NCBI GenBank assembly: GCA_964019335.1
Contig: OZ025654.1
Span: forward strand, 434,001-498,000
Direction: 5' to 3'
DNA length: 64,000 bases
DNA from: Diplonema japonicum
Lineage: Eukaryota > Protista > Euglenozoa: Diplonemea
Position numbers and translations under genes: made by a program. A model generated the notes under the pieces. It made no database searches, had not been told where the DNA came from, and saw only the letters and a list, made by a program, of their open reading frames with translations. Positions 53,110-63,850 of this stretch are shown piece by piece (within the stretch, counting starts at the first letter, position 1; every line of letters begins with the position of its first letter).

Positions 53110-54492
53110 TCACACCACTGGTTTAGGGGAAGCAGGAGGTTCAGTTTTCACATTGGCTTGGATGGACGAAAAGATATCAGAAGCGGAGCTTGGCTGTGAC
53201 GAACAAGGAGCCGCACCAGTGGCGTAGTTGAAGCCGGATACAGGGGACTCCGAAAAGGAGTAAAGGTACGGATCCGTCGTGGTCGGGGTGTGCTGGGGTG
53301 CGGCAGGAGAAGTGGCAGCAACAAGAGGCTTCGAGGTATTTTGCAACGGGTGGATGACAGCATAGCTCGCACCATCCTTCGACAGCGTGTACGAGAGAAA
53401 CGACAGCCCACCTTCATGAGACACAACCGTTCCACCGTCTGCCTTGAAAGCCTCGAACCCTGCCTCAACCTCTTTAAACACATTCATTCTGGCTAGTATC
53501 AACGCAAAGACCGAGTCCAACGGCGTGTTGCACCGCAGAATCCCATGAACCCTGGCAGGAGCTCCAAGCTGCACGGAGTTGCCGGTGAAACGTCGTTGCG
53601 TCCATCTTGGAACCCCAGTAAGAGAGTCGAGCCACAAATACTCAATATACTCACCAGCTGCTCCACATGCATCGCTTTCATCAAGGTTTGCTCCGGGAAG
53701 CAAATGGTGCAAATTCACATACGGTTCTGTCCTTGCTGCCAGCCGCCCTGTCGTTTTGTTCTTTCGAACGCTGAACTTCACCCCTTCCATGTTGAAGCAG
53801 AGCTCGGACGCGCTGTTGACAGTAACACCCGACAGATCGCATCCTTTCGCAGCGTTGGACAGTGCTACCAGGTTTGCACATGCGATGGAGAGCTCAAGTG
53901 GTGTCTCTGTTAAATCAGCAGGTTCAGCTTTGCTTGGTTTTGTCGGTTTGTAACCAAGCTCCGGAAGTGACATGAGGCCAGAAGATGCTGCGTTCATAGC
54001 GCGTACCTTAGAGCGAGCTTCCTGAGAGATGGCTGGTGCGGAGATGACGCGCATCCCGACAAGGGCTTGTAGTTCGCCAGAGAGCTTCGCCTTCTTTGCG
54101 ATGCCTTGTTTCAATTCTGTCAGTATCCGTTTCCTAGGAGGTAGTTTTTGGATTTCTTCCGGAAAGCTGTCGGCAGGCATGCCTGTAATGGCCTCGGGCA
54201 TTCTGAGGCAGCGCTTCAACATGGTTACCTCTGCCTCCAGAGCGGTGACGATGCCGCACCCGGCCTTGCCCTCTTCTTCTGCGATTTTCTTGCCGACTTC
54301 CTCGCATTTTTGTTGCTTCCCGGCGAGCATCGCCTCCATCAGTATTGCCTTCTCGCGTAGGCTGGTGAGCTTTCCGTTGAGGCTCTGCTTCAGCTCCCCC
54401 GTGAGGCCTTTTGAAAGCTGCTCTTGCGAAAGCTTCTTCACGACTTCCTTATAGGCGGACAAGGCTTCCTTTACCTCCGTGATTTCCGTCAT
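53110..54492 (-). CDS. Coiled-coil protein, possibly a divergent THO complex subunit 5
   Basis: N-terminal coiled coil; ETPLELSIACANLVAL and LLPGANLD...YLWLDSLTGV loosely recall THOC5 LP.PLY and LFPGD.G...Y.W.Q.L.G motifs. The ORF is solid; the family call is weak. Confidence 0.45.
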   Translation of the reverse strand: MTEITEVKEALSAYKEVVKKLSQEQLSKGLTGELKQSLNGKLTSLREKAILMEAMLAGKQQKCEEVGKKIAEEEGKAGCGIVTALEAEVTMLKRCLRMPEAITGMPADSFPEEIQKLPPRKRILTELKQGIAKKAKLSGELQALVGMRVISAPAISQEARSKVRAMNAASSGLMSLPELGYKPTKPSKAEPADLTETPLELSIACANLVALSNAAKGCDLSGVTVNSASELCFNMEGVKFSVRKNKTTGRLAARTEPYVNLHHLLPGANLDESDACGAAGEYIEYLWLDSLTGVPRWTQRRFTGNSVQLGAPARVHGILRCNTPLDSVFALILARMNVFKEVEAGFEAFKADGGTVVSHEGGLSFLSYTLSKDGASYAVIHPLQNTSKPLVAATSPAAPQHTPTTTDPYLYSFSESPVSGFNYATGAAPCSSQPSSASDIFSSIQANVKTEPPASPKPVV

Positions 54493-55895
54493 ATTTCTTT
54501 TTTTTATTATACTTTTTTTGTTTTGTTTTTCTCCTCGCCCTCCTATAACGTCGGTAAGGGAAGGGGAAAAAAATGGGGGGGGGGGACACGAAGAGAAAGG
54601 AATCTAGAAGAATCTGTCAGTCAAAACGGGAGGGGAGGGGAGAGTAATACCGGCAGGAAAAAACTAGTTTGGCGCTCCATTTGTTTGTGCGCACGAGCGG
54701 AAGAACCACAGTCGTGACCGTGTTTGCTTGAGTACAGGGGGCGCACCTCGAGCTGTAACTTCTTCTACATCCTCGAAATATATCGCTAAAACTAATAAGA
54801 AATATTCCTCGTTTCTCTTTCTTTTTTTTTTTGTTTTAACGCCTAAAATCCCACTTCTCAAATCTCAGAGATTGCATTTTTTTCTTTTGTCAGTGGGATC
54901 AGATGGACTTCAGGTAAAAAATAAGAGGGGCCCAAAAAAAAAATGGTTTATGGGAATGGAGCTAGATATGTCCCCCCTGTGAGTAAAAAGAGTTGTTTGT
55001 GCACAGCCGGGGTTAACCTGTAGAAGGATAAGCCCAACAATGCTACCACTACTCTTTTTAGCAATAACAATTTATTATCAATATATTGTTTTCTTGTTCA
55101 AGCAAAAAAAAAAGGCGGGGAATTCTACGGTTAAATAGTTCGTACTTTGAACGGGAGAGGCTTCAGCTCAAGCGCGATGGTTAGGGTAGCGAGGAAAAGA
55201 AAGAAAAAAGAGATGAGATAAAGGAGGTTCCTGTCTTGGAACGTCCCCCTTGTCTCTACGTATCTACCCCTTTCTCCCTGAACATGAGATAAAGCAGTCC
55301 AGTGTTACAGGGGGCGCACCTCGGCCGAGTTGTAGCTTAAAGAACTAAAAGGTTTGGGTTTCATATCTTCTGGGCATAGTACATAGTACGTCACGCGACT
55401 CACCTGCACCAGTTAAGTCCTGCCCCAAAATTAAACACCCGGACCTGTTGTTTTAAAAAAAAAAGAAAAGAAGAAAATAGCGCGAACTTCAGTGCCCCCG
55501 TTACAAATAAAAGAAAGAAGAACAAGAAATAAGAGTAAAAAAGAAAGAAAGAAATTCACTATGATAGGAACGAAGTTAGCAACGGCTCGCCGCGGTACCT
55601 TATGATGCTCCCCTTTTGGGGTCGTTCCCTGCTACCCACCGTAGTGCCTAGCTGTCGTTTATATCTTCCGGTAATTTTCTCTCAGTCCCTTGGTCGCCGT
55701 CAGCCCCGATGCGAACAGGGCCAAAAAAAATAAAGGTATTTTTTTAAATTAAACTTTCGCGTGTGTTGGAAGAAGAAAAAAGACACGTTTTTTTTTTTTT
55801 TTCTTCTTCTTTTTCTTTTCATTCTTTTCTGCGTGCAATAGATTGAAACGCATAACACTGCTCATAAGAGAATATTAAAAAAAAAAAAGAATTAA

Positions 55896-57382
55896 AGGGG
55901 CCCCCCGAATAATCCCTTTATTTGGGCAGTGGAGGGGGGGTGTTTGGGCTCCAAAAAAAAAGAATTATTTGGAATACACTTATTTGGGTTGTACTTATTT
56001 GGGCTGGGGGGCCTGCCACATGGAAAGCAGGGAGCGGGGCTTAGAGCACTTCGGAAATCTTAACATGCCAAATTGTGCCAAGACTTTTTTCATGCCCTTT
56101 TTTTTTCCAAGGGAAATTTTAACAGTTTTTCTCCCAGGCTGTGGAGAACCCACAAACGTTGCAGACAAACCGCCTGGTTTTGGCGTTAGGTGGTTGCTGG
56201 GAGGTTGCTGAAATGATTTTAAGTTAGAATAGAGAAGCGAAAAAATAATTGCAGGGGTCTGAGAGGCTTGAGAAACTGTCGGGGCTTGGGAGGCTGCTGG
56301 AGTCTCGTCAGGTGCAGTGTCCATTGTAACACCCGCAACTACATTCTGTGCTGCACTGTCTAAAGCCCGACCCCTTCAAAGTGCTTACTTCGCTAAGTGC
56401 CCTTAGCTGTATGGTCTCCTCGGAACTACCTGGAAGGTAGCCGCAGGACCGCATACAGCTAAAGGTGCCGAGCAGTTGCATGACCTTTCTCATGTGCCTG
56501 CCCTACCCACAGTGCCACGTTGATTCGGCGCTCTGCTGCAGTCATCAACCAACGTCCCAGCCTCGGCTGCTTGGGGCATGCCGCAGCCCCTCCGAACCCC
56601 TCAAAATGACGTGAGGTCTGAATCGCCGGTGCCACACAGAAGCAGCCTCACAATACGTACTTTTCCTTTTCAATCGATTGTTATATTTGTTCTAATAAAA
56701 TACACTACTCAAGCTACTGGCACCTTCCGAAGAAGGGCCTCCCACGTCGATCGAGGATGCCCTGGGGGGGCCGTTCCAGTCTGATCATGTCGCACATATA
56801 ACATATTTCTCATCTTCTAGAAGAAAATGGGGTTGCCCTCGTAGCTCGCCACGGCCAGCATTCTTACTTGTGTAAGCAGCCTCACAATACCGCCAGTGGG
56901 CTACGGCACAGCTTTGGGATCTTGCTCAGGAATGGAATATTGACATTGCGGGCCATGAAAGAAGCAAATACCGGATAAGCTGTCAACACATGAATCCACG
57001 TGCCCTTCCGGCAACGCAGAAGCACCGGGCCACCCACAAAGCGCCTTCGAACTCAGTAGTTCCGTAAGCCCCGTGGTCCCTGTTCAAAATGCAAAAGAAT
57101 TGCTTGTAAGTGCCCAAAAAGTGCCCAAAACCAGGCGGAAATCGACTTTTTGGTCAAAAAAGGGGTGTATACATGGGTTAGGTCGGCTAGTACCCTGCAC
57201 AGGCGTAACTGAGAAAAGCCCGTTGCACGACTACCATGTGACCCCCCCACCCCGGTCCCCCAAAAAAAAAAGAAAGGGGGTCGGGAATTATTTGGGAAAT
57301 TTGGAGCGGAAAAATCCCCGAAAAAAAAAAGAATTATGGGGAAAAACACATTATTTGGGAGGGAATTATTCGGGCCCCCCCT
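55896..57382. mobile_element. Non-autonomous TIR element of ~1.5 kb, superfamily uncertain (Kolobok-like ends)
   Basis: Left TTAA|AGGGGCCCCCCGAATAATCCC; right GGGAATTATTCGGGCCCCCCCT|TTAG; TTATTTGG(G) motifs clustered near both ends. Confidence 0.6.
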
Positions 57383-57742
57383 TTAGTTTGGCGCTTTATT
57401 TGTTTGTGCGCACAAGCGGGATTACCTAATAAATAGCTCATTACGCTGCCATCAACTAGTTTTTAGTCGACAATAATATTGTTAAAACAAAAAAAAGAAG
57501 AAAAACATCTCGAACTGAATCTGTCTAAACTCATGCACAGAAAGAGGTCAGAAAATAAAAGGTCATTATGAAGCAATCTTCCCCCGCACAGGCAGGTTTC
57601 AATTGTTCGTATCAGAGAGAGGCGGAAAAACAGATTTTGAGAAAAACCTGCAGTTAAAGGATCGCCTAAACGACAGTCATCACGAAAAGGAGATTGCTGA
57701 TTTGGGGAGACCCACTTACTTATTTTTCTTAAATAAAACTAA

Positions 57743-59224
57743 CCTTCCATATTCGCTAAGTGACCTGCCCTATGTCCCAAAGGGGTTACAGGGCTATAGG
57801 GGAAAAAATGTCAAAAATGCACAAAGGTTCATTGAATTTTTTTTTCAAAAAAAAAATCCATATGTCGGACATGAAAGAACGGTGAGTTCCAAGGAAGTTC
57901 CAAAAAAGATTTTCCAAAAAAAGTTTTTTGGGGCCAACTAAAATGACCTTGGAAGTCGCCATTTTGAGTTTTGGCCATTTTTGCCAAACTTTTGCACCTG
58001 GGCACTTTTCCCTTTAAAAACCCTTGGAAAACTGGTTCGATCCCAGAAGCCAGCATCTTCCTGACCAGTAGTTCAGCGGAAAATATTTTCGGCCAGGGTG
58101 GTCTAGTTGGGAGGGCTTTTGTTCTACTTCGGGTGGTTCAAGCGTCTGAAGAAACAACAGATTTTTCTGGTGACCCAGAATAGTGAGCCCCCCTACTCTT
58201 CAGTGTACTAGTTTCTTTTCATCATATTTCTGTGTTGGTCACCGATCACCAACACCGGCTGAGGAAGACGCAGTACAACTTGCTGGAAATGGTGGCAAAA
58301 CGTGACCGAGGACGTGAGCGGGAGCCTGATGATGAAACACGGAGAAGACATTATCAAGTAGCTCAGGAAGCTGAAGTAGTACGACGGGCCGAGGAAGACG
58401 ACAGTCACCACAATGGAACTCGTACGAGACTTCGAGAACACGCTGGGCGTCGAGCCGATCACGGGGAAGCAGGGTGATCTGGCCATGGTACAGAAAGAGG
58501 CGCGGAGTTTCCACGGCCTCCTGAAGAGAATCCAAGAAGGGTGGAACAGCATGCGTACAGAATAAGGTCAGAGGCAAGCGAATCTTCCCAGCGGAGAGCC
58601 AGAAGAACCACGCACTCAGAACCATATTTTCAGAGAAAGGCAACAGCCGAAAAAGAAAGAAAGGCGAGGCCCCAGAAGGGAGAAAGGGGTAGATAAGTAG
58701 AGATAAGTAGACAAGGACGTTCCAGAACAGAAACTTCCTTTAGCTCATCTCTTATTCTGTGTTTATTCATCACAGTGTTGATGGGCTGAGGCACGTCGTG
58801 AGTGTGTATCGCGGAGGATATCTGGTGTGGAAAGAAGGGAACCTACTCCACTCACTGTTCCAGATGCGTGAGTAAAGATGGGGGGTCAGAGTTTTGAATT
58901 TTTGTGTGGTAGAGTGGTTACCGTGCTCACCTGTCAGGCCCCCTTGTTCCAGGAGTCGCGGGTTCGAATCCCGACGCAGTGGTTTTTTCATCAGGGTTCG
59001 AACCCCACTTGTGCCGTGTTTTTTCCACCAGAGCTGCTTCATTTTGTATAGTACAAAGTAAGGCAAATCACCAAAAAAAGTTTTATTACAAAAAAAGATT
59101 CCATATGTCGGACATTGGGCCCCGGACGCAAATAAATCCATTCCAGCCCTAGAAAAAGCAATTAGAAATTTTTTTAGCTCTTCAAAATGCGAGTTCTGGT
59201 CGGTCACTTAGCGAATATGGAAGG
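57743..59224 (+). mobile_element. TIR DNA transposon derivative of ~1.48 kb with 23-bp perfect TIRs and possible Tc1/mariner-like remnants
   Basis: CCTTCCATATTCGCTAAGTGACC at 57743-57765 and exact reverse complement at 59202-59224, with TAA on both flanks. Remnant peptides GPRKTT (~58386) and LLKRIQEGWNSM (~58520). Direct repeat tccatatgtcggacat near both ends. Confidence 0.85.
58900..58988 (+). ncRNA. tRNA-derived Pol III unit (pseudo-tRNA-Asp(GTC) or SINE head) inside the TIR element
   Basis: A box TGGTAGAGTGG (58907-58917), CTGTCA anticodon-like loop (58931-58936), B box GGTTCGAATCC (58961-58971), T6 tract (58983-58988). Poor acceptor stem and ~13 extra nt after the anticodon. Confidence 0.55.
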
Positions 59225-59356
59225 TAAAAGAAAAAGGAAAAATGTTATGAAGTTAGAAGTTAGTGGCGAAACCAAACGCGGTACGTATTAAACTAAAAAC
59301 TAGTCGAAACCAAGAAACTAGGGGAGGAAGGAGGAGGAGGAGGACGGGGGTGAGCA

Positions 59357-61486
59357 TCAAGAGCACAACTGAGGATCCTCCTCATAAGGCGAGAATGTAG
59401 CCTGTTCAGTGTGCACAACATAATCGTAAGTGCAAGCCGTAAGCGTAGAGTACCCGGGTTCTTCTTCTTTGTAGCAAACAGAATAACAACACTCTGCTGT
59501 GAAAAGCTCATCCTCTTCTTCTTGAGTGGTCTCTTCTACTTCTCGAGTGGCTATGTGTTCGAGATCATCTGCCTTTTGAGTCGCTTCCACATGTTCGGTC
59601 TCTTCTTCCCCTGGAGTGGTCTCTTCTTCCTCTTCTTCATCCTCTGCAAATATAATGCTCTGTTCCTCCCATTGCTCCCCTGAGAAGGAGATCTGTGACC
59701 AAGTGTCGGTTGGGGTTTCGAGCTTCATCGATTCAGTCGTCGCAGCTTCATCAACAGTACAACATATCTCAAGAGTGTCATCCATAACCTCAAGAGTGTT
59801 ATCTATAACCTCAAGAGTGTCATCCATAACCACCTCAATGTTGCGGAACTCTGGGGCACTGCTATCAGCATCATCCGTGCATGCCTCAGAAGACGCCTTG
59901 GGTTCGGCCCCCCCTCCCATGGGCAGGGGGGTCTCTTCCTGTACGTAGAACCTTTCCTCCTCTGCGTCAATCTTGATGTTGTCGGTTACCCTGCTGCGCT
60001 GCTTGTTCGCCCCCTTCACCCTTTGCTTCCTTGTCAAGCGTTGCTCGTACTTTGTGGTGCGGTCGGGTTCTTTGCGTCCGTCCAGCACCTTGCTGAGGTT
60101 GTGCAGGGACCTACGGTGGACCTTTGATGAAGTAGCCCCTGCAGGCCTGTAGAAGACGCGATGATACCGGAAGTAAGGTGTGTTGTGCCGCTTGCGCTGT
60201 TCGCGGAGGTGCTCTTTGAAGCTGACCCTGAGGGAGCTCATCCATTCCACGTAGCCTGCGGCAGGTCCGTACAACTCGGAGAACTCCTGTCGGGAGTACA
60301 GCTTCTCAAGGTCGCCAGTACTCCGTGCAGGATGGAACCTCACACCCCCTGCACGCCACGTGGCGTTGCCAACGATGAAGCCATGCGACACAAGGTGCTC
60401 ACGTTCTGTACCAAAGTTCCCCGAGAGGATGTCGTACCTCCTCTCTTGCATGGGTAACGAGTGGCACGTCGTGTGGAGCAGCGCCCCTGTATCGGCGATG
60501 AGTCTCTCGGTGACCGCGGGTAGCCCCGTTACACCGACAGCCTCCTCCACCTCGTCAAAACTACTACAAAGAACCTTGAAATGAACCATAACCATGTCGC
60601 TGATGTCGCACCACCTCGAGAACGCTTCGGGGATGGTGGGCAACACCTCACGCATGGTCTTGAATGCCCTCACAAGAGGCCTCCTGAAGGTAACAGGGAG
60701 GAATGTTTTGTTAACAGGCGTCATGGTGTGAAGGTCTCGGGAAGCACAACACCATTCAGACACAACGCGGCCGGTGGTGGGGCAAGCAAGGTGGCAGTTC
60801 AGGAAGTTGATGTCGTCATCGTGGAAGCTGAGCAGCAACAAGTAGTCATAGCCACCACACGGCACAGTGGACAGTTCAGCGCAGTGATCTTTGCGGTAAG
60901 CAAACGCATCACAGTCTGAGTCTTGCGGCAACGACTCATCAACGAAGTCAGGGAAGGTTGCCACCCAAGGGACGACAACGAGGAGCTTCGACAATGAAGG
61001 GCCATGATACACTTCGCCCTTTGAGGAACAGTGGGAAGGAAGCGGGTCGTCTTCTGAGTAACGGAACCCATAAAAGGCCGTGAATATAAACCTACAAATG
61101 GAACGCGCAGCAGCCTTCAATTCGTTCTCCTGGTAGGTAGGAAAGACTGGATCGTAGTGGCCTGTTCCCCACTCTGCAATACACCGGCTGCAATGAGATG
61201 CGTTTAAAGACTTCACCTCTACTCTTCCCATGCTGCTTTTGGCGAAGTACAGCTCTGTGTAAAGCTGGAGCCTTGAATGCCATTTCTGCTTACAATATCC
61301 GCACACGTAATCCGCATTGATCACGGGCATCACGGTGGCCTTGTACCACCTGCTGCATGAGGGTATCGCCGTGGCTACCCCGCCCTTGCTGAACAGGTCC
61401 CTCATCTCTTCCCACATAACGGTGAAGTTGTCATTCACACCTTGTGGTATGCTGCTGTCCTGCAGCAGCACCATGCCATAGGCCAT
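59357..61486 (-). CDS. Protein with an N-terminal zf-3CxxC (RTP-family)-like zinc-binding domain and an acidic disordered C-terminus
   Basis: Likely start MAYGMV. ADYVCGYCKQKWHS...GRVEVK...HCSRC...PVFP...ICRFIFTAFYG fits the RTP pattern C..C...W.S...G.V....C..C...P.F...Y. A 21-bp tandem repeat (LEV.D.T, three units) lies near 59765-59830. Confidence 0.6.
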   Translation of the reverse strand: MAYGMVLLQDSSIPQGVNDNFTVMWEEMRDLFSKGGVATAIPSCSRWYKATVMPVINADYVCGYCKQKWHSRLQLYTELYFAKSSMGRVEVKSLNASHCSRCIAEWGTGHYDPVFPTYQENELKAAARSICRFIFTAFYGFRYSEDDPLPSHCSSKGEVYHGPSLSKLLVVVPWVATFPDFVDESLPQDSDCDAFAYRKDHCAELSTVPCGGYDYLLLLSFHDDDINFLNCHLACPTTGRVVSEWCCASRDLHTMTPVNKTFLPVTFRRPLVRAFKTMREVLPTIPEAFSRWCDISDMVMVHFKVLCSSFDEVEEAVGVTGLPAVTERLIADTGALLHTTCHSLPMQERRYDILSGNFGTEREHLVSHGFIVGNATWRAGGVRFHPARSTGDLEKLYSRQEFSELYGPAAGYVEWMSSLRVSFKEHLREQRKRHNTPYFRYHRVFYRPAGATSSKVHRRSLHNLSKVLDGRKEPDRTTKYEQRLTRKQRVKGANKQRSRVTDNIKIDAEEERFYVQEETPLPMGGGAEPKASSEACTDDADSSAPEFRNIEVVMDDTLEVIDNTLEVMDDTLEICCTVDEAATTESMKLETPTDTWSQISFSGEQWEEQSIIFAEDEEEEEETTPGEEETEHVEATQKADDLEHIATREVEETTQEEEDELFTAECCYSVCYKEEEPGYSTLTACTYDYVVHTEQATFSPYEEDPQLCS

Positions 61487-61582
61487 GTTTGTGTGAAGTG
61501 AAGCGGGGGGTCCCCCAAAACCCACCACCTTGTTTTAAGTGATACTAACTGGTTGAAAAGAATAAAGAGGATAAGAGAAACA

Positions 61583-61860
61583 AAATTCGATAAAGTTTCA
61601 GATGTGCACAGGGGTGCTCACTGTTCAAAGAAGAAATTCACACTATTCACCGTTCTGCGGTTGCAGTCTGGCGCCTGCGGTGGCTGTTCGTCGCGAGATG
61701 GACGGCATCTGAGCGAGAAACATTACATGGAGTCATGCTAGGTAAACAAAAAAGAAATTCGATAAAACTTCAAGACCCAGGGGTGCTCACTGTTCGTAAA
61801 GAAATCCACATTAATTCACCGTTCTGCGGTTGCAGTCTGGGGCATCTGGGGGAGAAACAA
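61583..61860. repeat. Local tandem duplication (~100-140 bp units)
   Basis: aaattcgataaa...caggggtgctcactgttc...ttcaccgttctgcggttgcagtctgg twice; related to 63488-63530. Confidence 0.8.
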
Positions 61861-62375
61861 GGCAGATTAGCTCGGTCCCGTGTCGTAGCAGTGTGCCGTC
61901 GAACGCCTGAGGATGTGCACATTCAGTTTAGAAAAAGTTATCCTTCCATTTTTTGCTGTGCTCTTATGGATGTGACCCAATACCTAGTCCTAGTGGCCCA
62001 TGCGACCGGCTATAATATAGTATCTTCCTACCACGGCCTTCGACAAGAGTACTTCTGTCCATGCAGCACCTGTCGTGCATGATCTCATCAAAGGGCTGGT
62101 GAATTGTCAATTTCTTTTCTGCCGCCTAGCGTCACGGGTTGGTACCTGTGCGAGATCTATCTGCTTCGTAAGCTCCTGATAAATCCATGGGAGCTCCGTA
62201 TTGTTCGTCGCTTCCTCCCTAGACCACCTTCGTGCGTTTTGAAGAACAAAAAAAAAGAAAAAGGCACACTCAAATCTACATAAATAACTGGCACACGTAT
62301 GCCTCAGGAAGAACCTGGCAACGAAAAAAGAAGAAGGGTGCCGACGTTTTAAAGCAGGGAATACAAGTCTCCTTG

Positions 62376-62984
62376 TTAATCCTGTTCAGACTCGAATCGC
62401 AACCCTATGCCAGATCCTGAATTCACACAGACCACGGTTTCGTGCTCTTCATGATGGAGATGGATCAATGTGTGTTTCTCGAGATCGATTGCCTCCTGCG
62501 CGGCTTCCCTTTTGAATAGCGCAAGCTTGGTAGGGGAGGTAGAGAAGAAGAAGGAATGGGTGGTTTTGTCAGTGGGGCAGTAGAAGAATTCCTCAGGGCC
62601 AAGGTGTTTCCTGTAGGTTACTGCAGTAGTTTCTTCCTTGGTGATGAAGTTGAGATCGAGGATGGGTCCGTCAAGTAGCTTGGAAGTTGTCACCTCGCCA
62701 CCGTTAAACGATGCATAGCTTCCCATTTCCGTAAGCGTGTTAACCCCACTCTCTGCATGGACAAGTTCTACCCCTTTCCCTTCCAGCAAAAACAAATTTC
62801 TCTTGTATCCCACGAACTTTGAAAACGGCTCATTCGTCGAAACCTCAGCAGCGCTAACCCTCCAGTTGTACTCTTCCTTGTCCTTCAACAGCTCATATGT
62901 AACGCCCTTTCCATTCTTCCATACACTCGGTTTAACCTTTGACTTTGGGTAGACATTGTACAGGCTGGCAATGGTACGATTCAT
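62376..62984 (-). CDS. HutD/Ves-family cupin protein
   Basis: WKNGKGVTYEL, WRVSAAEV, PFSKFVGYKRNLFLLEGKG and GPILDLNF are HutD family motifs. Confidence 0.85.
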   Translation of the reverse strand: MNRTIASLYNVYPKSKVKPSVWKNGKGVTYELLKDKEEYNWRVSAAEVSTNEPFSKFVGYKRNLFLLEGKGVELVHAESGVNTLTEMGSYASFNGGEVTTSKLLDGPILDLNFITKEETTAVTYRKHLGPEEFFYCPTDKTTHSFFFSTSPTKLALFKREAAQEAIDLEKHTLIHLHHEEHETVVCVNSGSGIGLRFESEQD

Positions 62985-63075
62985 CTTTCCCTCCCACTAT
63001 TAGAAAGGCACAAATCAACGCGGAGTACAAAGTAAAAAAAAAAGAAAAAGACAAAGGTAGGGGAACACACATCTT

Positions 63076-63850
63076 TTGCGGCAGGGGTGCGCAACAACGA
63101 CTACTTTGCCCATCCACCGTCCTTTGCCCCCTATGTTAGAGAGGACCGGGCAGGGCACCGCACAACACCGCAGAACAGAAAGCTACACAACACGGAGTCC
63201 TATGTGACTGAGTTCAAAACAAAAGAATTTCAAGTGACGCGGGACCGCAACGACCCACCAAAGCTAGAGACAAGAGAGAGGGAAGGGGTGGTTCTTTTAA
63301 AGGATATGAGGGGGGAGGGGAAATCTGCAAAAACTGAAAGTGCGGTGTAGACCTGTATATGAGATTCAGTATAGTTCAAAAGTTTTAGTAAACGCATAAT
63401 CTGCACAGAAATCTTTCGAAAAATTGCAAAAACCATGAATTGTTTCAGCAGAAAAGGTGCCTCGAGAATACTTCGGAGAGACATAAAAAATTCGATAAGA
63501 CTTTAGTGCAGAAAAGGTGCTCACTGTTGGTAGAGAAAAAGAAAGAAAAATAATTCTTTATGACTATATGTCTTGTTGTTCGCACGAGCAAAAAGAATAG
63601 TTTTTAACAAGCTGCGAAAGTTTTTCAAGTTGCATATAGTTATAAAATCATTCCTTTTGAAAGATAAATAGTTGTAACAAACAAAAAAAGAGAGAAGGGG
63701 GAAAAGAGTATGCTTCTTTTTCTCCCAACTTCTTCGCTTATGTATTCACCTTGTATGCTTCACGGTGTCTGCGCCCTTTGTTTTCTTCGTTTACGCGCTT
63801 GCAGTGAAGCGTGAAAAAGAAAACTAGTTTGGTGCTTCATTTGTTTGTGC
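63076..63850. repeat. Intergenic block homologous to 18412-18535 joined directly to 19438-20047
   Basis: Shared gggaccgcaacgacccaccaaagc, agttcaaaagttttagtaaacgcataatctgcacagaaatc and gcgcttgcagtgaagcgtgaaaaagaaaactagtt. Confidence 0.88.

Noticed and set aside
58900-58982. Functional tRNA-Asp gene
   Set aside because: Acceptor and anticodon stems pair poorly and it sits inside a transposon; reported only as tRNA-derived.
61880-62230. Coding-like composition between the zf-3CxxC and HutD genes
   Set aside because: No long ORF or recognisable motif; cannot be supported.
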